Below, piece after piece: positions 56,673 through 64,000 of a stretch of 64,000 nucleotides of DNA (the stretch's first letter is position 1; each line of letters starts with the position of its first letter). A program made the translations under genes and the position numbers. Source of the DNA: Candidatus Cloacimonadales bacterium (GTDB lineage: Bacteria; Cloacimonadota; Cloacimonadia; Cloacimonadales; JAFGVF01); NCBI GenBank assembly GCA_963677495.2, contig CAXXOU010000003.1, positions 224,001 through 288,000 of the forward strand, read 5' to 3'. The notes under the pieces were generated by a model that was not told the origin of the DNA, searched no databases, and worked only from the letters and a program-made list of their open reading frames with translations.

Positions 56673-56994
56673 TATATGTACAACAATCTCTCTGTGGGGA
56701 AGCTTGTAAATTGAATGTAAACTTGTTTACTACGTGTCAACGTAGTTTACAAAATCAACCTCAAAATCAAGTGGATCTCCCTAACTATCAAGGATTCGAC
56801 CTACCAAAATCGAACCTTGCACTATATTAATACAATTATCGTTCCAATTATCACTACTTCTATGGAAATATTTTTATCTACTTGTTAATGTATAATGGCT
56901 AAGACTTGATATGTAATAACTTACCCGAAGAAGATGAGAAATAATTATAAACAAAAAAAGACTTAGGAGTTTGTGATTCAAGCCTAATCTTGGA

Positions 56995-57891
56995 TTATAT
57001 CTGCTCCTTATCTCTGTTCAACCACTTCTTAAGGATATTTGTTTTCTTCTCCCCGAAGACTTCCGGTCGTTTGAATAGGTCCATAGAACCTTTGACAATG
57101 CTCTTTGTGGTGTCGATGATAGTCTTGGTTCCAGGGAAGAGGTCACGGTCACGATCTATGTAAATCATTTTACAGTAGTTTTCTGTGATAAGCGCAACTC
57201 GGGTCAAGAGAACTGCATTCACAAATCCATCAGTTAATGATGCTGAAACTACATTGACGAAAGGAATGCTTTTTATAGTATCAGAGCCAAGCTTAGTCAT
57301 GAGCTCGTTTACCGCATATTCAACCCCTTCAGAACCTCCGATGGCAACTGAAAGATAAACTTTGCGTAGAATCACAAAAAGGTAGCGATTACTAACTCTT
57401 CCATTATAAGTAGAGAATATATCCTTGATCATGTTAACGGACGCAGAGAGTATCAAAACTGCATCAAGGAAACCATTTTGTGACACACTGGTACTAATGA
57501 AAAGCTGAGAAACATATCGCTTTCTAATCTCATTCAGACTAGGTTGGATTTTTGTGAGAAGATACTTATATTCTTCATCAGGTTCTGAGCGAGGTTCCAG
57601 CTCAACATCCCGAGCAGTAAGAAGTAATCTTAGATGTTTATTTCGCCTTTCCATGCTTTTCTGTATCTGAGTTTGTTTATCCACAGGAGAGAAGATTGCT
57701 CTAAATGTAAACATTCTAATCATTGGCAATATCACGAACCAGATTAGGACAAATGCTAGCACTCCAATCATACTATATGCAAAGTATTCGTTTATGTTAA
57801 GTAGAGCTGAGTACAGCATTACTGCTTCCTTCACTATCAGATAAACAAAAAATAGTGAAGCAATCCACAAAATTCGTTTCAATGTTTTCAT
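56995..57891 (-). CDS. YcjF/DUF697-like membrane protein
   Basis: Two N-terminal TMs; 'TSVSQNGFLDAVLIL...MIKDIFSTYNGR'; family call from memory. Confidence 0.55.
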   Translation of the reverse strand: MKTLKRILWIASLFFVYLIVKEAVMLYSALLNINEYFAYSMIGVLAFVLIWFVILPMIRMFTFRAIFSPVDKQTQIQKSMERRNKHLRLLLTARDVELEPRSEPDEEYKYLLTKIQPSLNEIRKRYVSQLFISTSVSQNGFLDAVLILSASVNMIKDIFSTYNGRVSNRYLFVILRKVYLSVAIGGSEGVEYAVNELMTKLGSDTIKSIPFVNVVSASLTDGFVNAVLLTRVALITENYCKMIYIDRDRDLFPGTKTIIDTTKSIVKGSMDLFKRPEVFGEKKTNILKKWLNRDKEQI

Positions 57892-58115
57892 GATAACCTC
57901 GTTACATATACTGTATTAGGTTTGTACCAGTGATGAACAAGAATATAAACCTATCTTTATAATTAGGCTACCCTTTCTATGTTCATGGTAATCAGTCCCA
58001 AACTGTTTAAGAATCATATCGTTATTGTTATATCAGTTTTTTATTTAGTCAAGTTTTAATGATATCACGCTGATCTTTAGTGAACTTAACCAACAGTTAA
58101 TGGGATTGCATGATA

Positions 58116-59306
58116 CTATTTCATCAAAACCATTTTTTCAGATATAAAGTCACTTCCAATACTTAGTTTGTAGAAGTAAACGCCACTTGGAAGACTACAT
58201 TTTTTGCTATCCTTCCCGTCCCATACAACTGAGTGAGTACCAGCTGGGAATATTCTATCAAACAATCTACGTACATGTCTTCCTTTTAAACTGTAAATAT
58301 CTAGAGTAGCTGTACCTTTTTTATTTGATGTAAAGCTAATCGTGGTAGTTGGATTAAAGGGGTTAGGGTAATTTTTGAGTTCTAGGTAGGCTAATTCTGT
58401 GTTATTCTCATCAACAGCTGTAGTATTATGCAATTTCAAAGCAACTGGATAGTGGTCAGATACAAATGTATCATACGCAGTGAAACCTCCAGCCATATAG
58501 TCCCCTACTCTAATAGTTTGAATAACTGAATTATCTGCAATAAACTCTTCAAACAACTCATTAGTAATAAAAATATGATCTATATGTGATGGATACCCCG
58601 GATACGACCATCCATTAGAAGGGCCATTAGCAATATCTAAATCAGCAAACAGGAAGTTCTCTGTATCATCTAATACTTCCTGAAACACATTGTTTGGATA
58701 GTTATCAGTGATTACATCATTCATGTCCCCAAGTACAATCACCTTCTCGTTAGGTAGTGCAGTTTCAATATATTGCCTTAGATAATTGCAAGCATCATAT
58801 CTACGCATCTCCTCATCCCACGGGTCACTGTAGTTGATTGTTCCATCACCAAATGCTTTAAAATGATTATTGATTACATAGTACGACTCTCCATTGTAGG
58901 TTATATCCATAACCATAGGTGAACGCGGAAAAGGACGCCAATATGGTTCTGTTGTATATATCTCAAAGATATTATTCACAATTATTGCATCTGTTTTATA
59001 GACATAAGCAAGTCCTGCAAACCAACGGGAATAGAAGTAGTATTCATAGTTATCAATTCCATCTACCATCTGTTTAAATGCAGTAGTATCGCTGACTTCT
59101 TGAATCGCATAAATATCGAGATCAAGGCTCTGTATTATCGTTGCAACAGAGTCCATTGTCGCACTACCACATTTGGGGAACCACTCTATGTTCCAAGTCA
59201 TAATTTCTAATGCAGTATCCTCACCAAAACTCATGTCCCCTAAACTATAAGCAAACAATCCGCTTAAAACAATCAATGCAATCAGCATCAGCAATATCTT
59301 CTTCAT
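58116..59306 (-). CDS. Secreted EEP-family nuclease/phosphatase with CTD
   Basis: Signal peptide (ATG 59306); 'MTWNIEWF', 'AIQE', 'GDMND', 'HIDHI', 'SDHYPV'; CTD 'NYPNPFNP...EKMVLMK'. Confidence 0.9.
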   Translation of the reverse strand: MKKILLMLIALIVLSGLFAYSLGDMSFGEDTALEIMTWNIEWFPKCGSATMDSVATIIQSLDLDIYAIQEVSDTTAFKQMVDGIDNYEYYFYSRWFAGLAYVYKTDAIIVNNIFEIYTTEPYWRPFPRSPMVMDITYNGESYYVINNHFKAFGDGTINYSDPWDEEMRRYDACNYLRQYIETALPNEKVIVLGDMNDVITDNYPNNVFQEVLDDTENFLFADLDIANGPSNGWSYPGYPSHIDHIFITNELFEEFIADNSVIQTIRVGDYMAGGFTAYDTFVSDHYPVALKLHNTTAVDENNTELAYLELKNYPNPFNPTTTISFTSNKKGTATLDIYSLKGRHVRRLFDRIFPAGTHSVVWDGKDSKKCSLPSGVYFYKLSIGSDFISEKMVLMK

Positions 59307-59567
59307 ATTATTCCTTTTCCAATTGACTTGGTAACCCTTCATTTTTTTACTTCCATTAATTATGTCAAGGTACACTCACATTTACAAGTGCAAATTTTAT
59401 CACTCTTTCACCATAAACAAGTAACACAATGTTTGTTTGTACTTCTTATTCCTCATGTAAAACCGTTGTATACTCACAAAGTTGCCCAGTTAAAAGATTA
59501 TGGCTTACTAATTGCATATGTGTAGTTCTGTTATGTAGTTACAAATTAGGATCTATTTATTTAGGAG

Positions 59568-62500
59568 ATGACTATGACTTTTTTGAAGGGATTTTTTGTA
59601 TTTCTATTCATCTGCACAGCATTTGTGCTTTGTGCTGTTAACGAAGTTGAACCAAACAACGCATACAATGACTTTGGAGTTCAAACAATCATCGATGGTG
59701 ACCATACGGGAACTGTTAATCCCGGTGAGTTAGACTTTTGGAAATTCTGGTCTGTTTCGGGAGATTTTGTAACAATTAGTTGCGTTAATAACCAGACAAA
59801 TTTCGATTCATATTTATATTTATACGACACTTCAGGGATAAATCAATTAGCTTCTAATGATGATGCAAATGGTACTGTACAATCTGAGATTCAATATCAG
59901 ATGACTACAACAGGATATCATTATTTCGCTATGGCAGGATTCGGACAATCTTCCGGTAATTATTTAGTTTCTCTATCAGGTTCTTCTCCCAACGATCCTG
60001 ACATGCCGGGAGATCTACTTAACCCAAGCCCTTATGATGGAGCTCTCAACCTTGACCCTAGCAACATAACTCTCTCATGGGATTTTGGAGCTAACACAGA
60101 AACTTACGACCTGTATATAGGTACTGTGGCCAATCCAAATATTCTCGTCTTACAAGATGAGCCGGCAGGGCTAACTGCAAGCTATACTCCAACTAACTTG
60201 CAACTTGATACTCTGTATCTTTGGCGAGTTGTTGCAAAAAACTCAATTAGTCAATATGATAATGAGGTAACATGGAGTTTCCGTACCCAAACAGCAGCAA
60301 ATATTGTACAAGTCGGTGACGATGACAATATGCAAACTACCGATCTTCCCATTGTTTCCTACGGTTACAGCTCATTCACTCAAACTATTTATACATCTGA
60401 TGAGTTAGGAGATCCCGGTTTAGTAGCTGCAATTGGCTATCAATATTCCGGGAATATGGGTATGACCAACTGTGAAGATTGGACTATCTATATTGGACAC
60501 ACAACAGTCAATGGTTATACTAGTGAGAGTAGTTGGATACCTGTAAATACCTTGCAGGAAGTATTTTCCGGTGTTGTATCTCCAACTACTAATGAAGGTT
60601 GGGTCACTATTGACCTTGATAATGCTTTCTTCTATAATGGAGTAGACAATCTGGTAGTTAGTGTATATGAGGACACACCCGGATCAGGCCAAGCTCAAGA
60701 TCGTTTCTATAAAAGCGACAGCAATATGACTAAATCAATGGTAAAAGTTTCTGTTTCTGAACCAATGTTAGACCCGTTTAATCTTGGTAGTGCTGATTAC
60801 TACCAAACCTTCTTCCCTAATACAAGATTTACTATTAACAGGGACATCGCCGGAGCCTATGTCTTAGCTTTCCCATTCGAACATGATTGGGGACTGGTTG
60901 ACGTTGGAACCACAACACAAGCCGAAACAGTTACGATCACAAACTATGGGGAAACAACAGCAACTATTAACAACCCTCCAACTCTTTTAGGTGATTTTGT
61001 CGATCAATTTACACTAACTGACAGCAATGTTTACCCTATAGCATTAGAAACTCTTGACTCAATAACATTAGATGTGTGCTTCAACCCTACTTCCGGAGGT
61101 TATAAAAGCACCGAATTATCACTTTCTCATGATTGGCAGGGAAGCACTGAAATCATTGTTCCTTTCCAAGGTAGAGGTTTAGTTTATGATTCGAATAACA
61201 CTCCTTCAAATGCTACTGAGTTGCAATTAGTCGTAGAGGATATGCTTTGTGCTATCGAACCTGCAGGAGATATTGACTTCTATTCTTTCTTCCAGACAGC
61301 TCCTGCTGAAATTTCAATATTCACTGAAGCAAACGACTTTAGTGGTATTAATCCGGAGATGTATCTATATGGGCCTTTTAATAGCATTCCCAATAGTGTT
61401 ACAGCTGAAGATTGTATAATGGCATGTGATGATTTTAATGGTTCTTTACATCCAAGAATAGACATGAATATTAATGATAGTGGTTTTTATATTGTAAGAA
61501 TTGCCAGTTACGATAACTTCCCTGACTCGAGGACATCTCATATTGGTGAATATTTACTGACTGTTTTAAGCGACAATATACAACCACCGGGTTATCTTGA
61601 ACCTCCAACAAACATAACAGCTATGAATCAAACTGATTGCATACAGCTTAATTGGGAGTTACCTCTTAACGGAAATCCTAGCGGATATTATGTGTTTAGA
61701 GATGGGGTAAGGCTCAACAATGATCTGATCACTACTTTGAGTTATTCTGACTACAACGTTAATAATAATGTTGAGTATGAGTATTATCTAACAGCCTTCT
61801 ATAACAGTTACTATGCTGAATCCATCCCAAGTGATACTCTTGCAGTAACATTTATCCCGGGTGGTGCAGGCTATCTATCAGATAATTTCGAAGGGTATGA
61901 GAACTTCCTGCTGCAGTTTGGCAACTGGATTACTGTCGATGGTGATGGTGAAAATACCTTAGGATTTACAAATGGTGTAGATTTTGCCTCAGAAGAACAA
62001 CCTATGGCATTCACTGTCTTTAATCAGTTAGCTACAACTCCACCTATCAGCTTTGCCCCAGCTTATTCAGGAGATAAAGCCCTAGCCTCTTTCGCTCCTC
62101 AAAACGGTGCAAGAAATGATTGGCTTATCTCTGAAGAGATTGCACTCTCTGATACTTCTGCCTTTGTTTCATTTTACGGACGCACAGTTTTCCCACAATA
62201 TGGTGCTGAGCAATTCAAAGCCTATGTTATTACAGATTACACTAATCCAGATAACCCTATTATGGATTGTATAAGTGGTAACACTTCAATAGAACTTCCT
62301 GCTGATTGGTGTTATTACGGTTTTGATCTTGATGAATATTTAGGTCAGAATATTCGTATAGCTCTCCTTTTAAACACTGAGTCTGGGTTCATGGCTATGC
62401 TTGATGACTTCCGAGTAACTGTTGAAGGTGTCGCAACCGAAACAGTGGAAGCTGTGCAATCTACATCGATTGTAAAGAATCTATCTAGTTATCCAAATCC

Positions 62501-62744
62501 GTTCAATCCAACTACAACCATTAAATTTGAACTCAATAAGGGTTCAGTAGTTAGTTTAGATATATATAATATTAAAGGACAGAGAATTAGCTCTTTAACT
62601 CAGAAGTATCATATCCCCGGCACACATAATTACACCTGGAATGGTATTGATAACAGCAATAAAGCTGTTCCAAGCGGTATATACTTCTACAAACTAAAAG
62701 CCGGAACATACACCAAAACAAGAAAGATTGTACTAATCAAATAG
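59568..62744 (+). CDS. Modular surface adhesin-like protein D (short paralogue lacking MAM block)
   Basis: 'NEVEPNN' PPC start like B; ASH, second PPC, FN3, cleaved adhesin, CTD 'RKIVLIK'. Confidence 0.85.
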   Translation: MTMTFLKGFFVFLFICTAFVLCAVNEVEPNNAYNDFGVQTIIDGDHTGTVNPGELDFWKFWSVSGDFVTISCVNNQTNFDSYLYLYDTSGINQLASNDDANGTVQSEIQYQMTTTGYHYFAMAGFGQSSGNYLVSLSGSSPNDPDMPGDLLNPSPYDGALNLDPSNITLSWDFGANTETYDLYIGTVANPNILVLQDEPAGLTASYTPTNLQLDTLYLWRVVAKNSISQYDNEVTWSFRTQTAANIVQVGDDDNMQTTDLPIVSYGYSSFTQTIYTSDELGDPGLVAAIGYQYSGNMGMTNCEDWTIYIGHTTVNGYTSESSWIPVNTLQEVFSGVVSPTTNEGWVTIDLDNAFFYNGVDNLVVSVYEDTPGSGQAQDRFYKSDSNMTKSMVKVSVSEPMLDPFNLGSADYYQTFFPNTRFTINRDIAGAYVLAFPFEHDWGLVDVGTTTQAETVTITNYGETTATINNPPTLLGDFVDQFTLTDSNVYPIALETLDSITLDVCFNPTSGGYKSTELSLSHDWQGSTEIIVPFQGRGLVYDSNNTPSNATELQLVVEDMLCAIEPAGDIDFYSFFQTAPAEISIFTEANDFSGINPEMYLYGPFNSIPNSVTAEDCIMACDDFNGSLHPRIDMNINDSGFYIVRIASYDNFPDSRTSHIGEYLLTVLSDNIQPPGYLEPPTNITAMNQTDCIQLNWELPLNGNPSGYYVFRDGVRLNNDLITTLSYSDYNVNNNVEYEYYLTAFYNSYYAESIPSDTLAVTFIPGGAGYLSDNFEGYENFLLQFGNWITVDGDGENTLGFTNGVDFASEEQPMAFTVFNQLATTPPISFAPAYSGDKALASFAPQNGARNDWLISEEIALSDTSAFVSFYGRTVFPQYGAEQFKAYVITDYTNPDNPIMDCISGNTSIELPADWCYYGFDLDEYLGQNIRIALLLNTESGFMAMLDDFRVTVEGVATETVEAVQSTSIVKNLSSYPNPFNPTTTIKFELNKGSVVSLDIYNIKGQRISSLTQKYHIPGTHNYTWNGIDNSNKAVPSGIYFYKLKAGTYTKTRKIVLIK

Positions 62745-62772
62745 ATTTCCGCCTTCCTTATATGTCACACTT

Positions 62773-62801
62773 AACCCGGAGCTGAATGGCTCCGGGTTTT
62801 G
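62773..62801 (+). terminator. Intrinsic terminator
   Basis: AACCCGGAGC-tgaatg-GCTCCGGGTT-TT. Confidence 0.85.
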
Positions 62802-62837
62802 TAGTTATTTACTAATTCACCACTCTCTTAGTGCTCC

Positions 62838-62964
62838 CGAATAATTCCTGGTAGACACTTGGCAAACCCTTGGTAAACACTTGGCCTATCCTTGGCCTAA
62901 TTACCAAGAATGTTACAGGTTAATGCCAGGGTTTTGCTAGCTTGAGATCAATTATTACTGCTGA
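62838..62964 (-). repeat. Family-1 phased element, 5-unit copy
   Basis: Minus strand TCAGCAGTAATAATT...CTTGGTAATTAGGCCAAGGATAGGCCAAGTGTTTACCAAGGGTTTGCCAAGTGTCTACCAGGAATTATTCG. Confidence 0.85.
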
Positions 62965-63252
62965 CACAAGAAAGGAAAGGGAAGTGAAGTATCTATAACA
63001 AACTAGTTTTAGTTAGAGAATACATTTCATGAGACTAGTGGCTCTGTAGGCTAGTGTTAAATCAAACACACTCCTTACTGAGCTCCTACATACTTCTTAT
63101 TTATTCTCCTAATTGCTAGCAACTTAGCTTAACAACAGCATCAAGCTTGATACAGGAAAGATTGTTGTTGGCATGAAATAATTATTATATTGACACAAAA
63201 ACTTACAGTGTTAAATAATGTAGTGTTAATGTAATTAACTATGGAGGTTCTT

Positions 63253-64000
63253 ATGAAAAAGATTGCTTTTGTTTGTCTAATACTACTTCCCATTGCATTA
63301 TTTGCAATTACATTGGAAGTATCATTAGATAATACAACATTTTTCTCTCGCATCCAAAATGCTGTTTCCATTGCAACAAATGGAGACACTATCCTTGTCC
63401 ATCCCGGTGTTTATTACGAAAACATTAGCTTGGAAGGAAAACATGGAATTACACTCGTTTCGTCCGGTGACGAATTTGACACAGTGATAGATGGTTCTAA
63501 TGGTAACCGTGGTTGTATTGGTTTGCTTAGTGGAGAAGAAAACATAATAATTTCAGGTTTTGAAATCCGTAATGGCTCAATTCCAGCAGATTATTCTTTG
63601 CCTTCAGGTGGCATTATGATGTCTGATGCAGATAATATAACCTTACAAAATTTAGTTATTCATCACAACTATAGCACTATAGGTGGTGGGTTATGTATTA
63701 CAGATTCTGAGTTTATAGCTTTATCAAATGTTGTAGTTAGGGATAACACTGCAATCTTAAGAGGTGGTGGAGTTTACCAATCTGACAACACCAATATTCA
63801 ATATGACATGATGAATAGATGCAGTATTTATGATAATTATTCTGTGCTTGGAATGGATATCTACAGTAGAGATGTTTGTAATCTATATCTTGATACATTC
63901 TCATATCCTTACTACGGGGAAAATAATGCTTATGTCCAATATTATAACAACGATGCCAATGGTTTATCAGAAATCTTTATACAGAGCCCATTATATCAAT
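63253..64000 (+). CDS. Secreted right-handed beta-helix (DUF1565/pectin-lyase-like fold) protein, truncated by window end; absent from ORF track
   Basis: GGAGG SD, TTGACA at 63190; MKKIAFVCLILLPIALFA...IQNAV..A.NGDTILVHPGVYYENI...IDG...GGG; open to 64000. Confidence 0.85.
   Translation, partial: MKKIAFVCLILLPIALFAITLEVSLDNTTFFSRIQNAVSIATNGDTILVHPGVYYENISLEGKHGITLVSSGDEFDTVIDGSNGNRGCIGLLSGEENIIISGFEIRNGSIPADYSLPSGGIMMSDADNITLQNLVIHHNYSTIGGGLCITDSEFIALSNVVVRDNTAILRGGGVYQSDNTNIQYDMMNRCSIYDNYSVLGMDIYSRDVCNLYLDTFSYPYYGENNAYVQYYNNDANGLSEIFIQSPLYQ

Noticed and set aside
983..63389. Numerous 60-115-aa ORFs overlapping or antisense to long genes
   Set aside because: Shadow frames without SD sites or recognisable motifs; 63141-63389 is antisense to the real gene starting at 63253

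Overview
AT-rich bacterial chromosomal window. The protein families (many secreted proteins with a C-terminal 'NYPNPFNP...WxGxD...SGxYFY...KMxLxK' FlgD-Ig/T9SS-type-A-like domain, a stand-alone GlmL-like fusion, a PilX-like protein) suggest an FCB-group organism, probably Cloacimonadota; this is inference only. 1-22 kb is signalling/housekeeping: flippase end, Hpt plus two histidine kinases, CDF transporter, HAD, YigZ, GH3, RhuM, SDR, nitroreductase, EEP, GlmL fusion, and an epimerase-SLBB-DegT-etfB-lgt-lipoprotein run. 23-64 kb is a secreted/surface-protein island: seven intact CTD-bearing genes, one decayed CTD, a 2.2-kaa beta-helix protein, and four mosaic paralogous adhesin-like proteins. 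The most striking unexplained signal is non-coding. Most long intergenic gaps carry short motifs repeated in exact 11-bp phase, often dyad-symmetric, including two repeat families of 124-135 bp whose length is conserved while their sequence drifts. They are interleaved with REP-like hairpins and opposed DnaA-box pairs. No rRNA, tRNA, CRISPR array or transposase was recognised. Two genes carry single-base frameshifts that may be sequencing errors.
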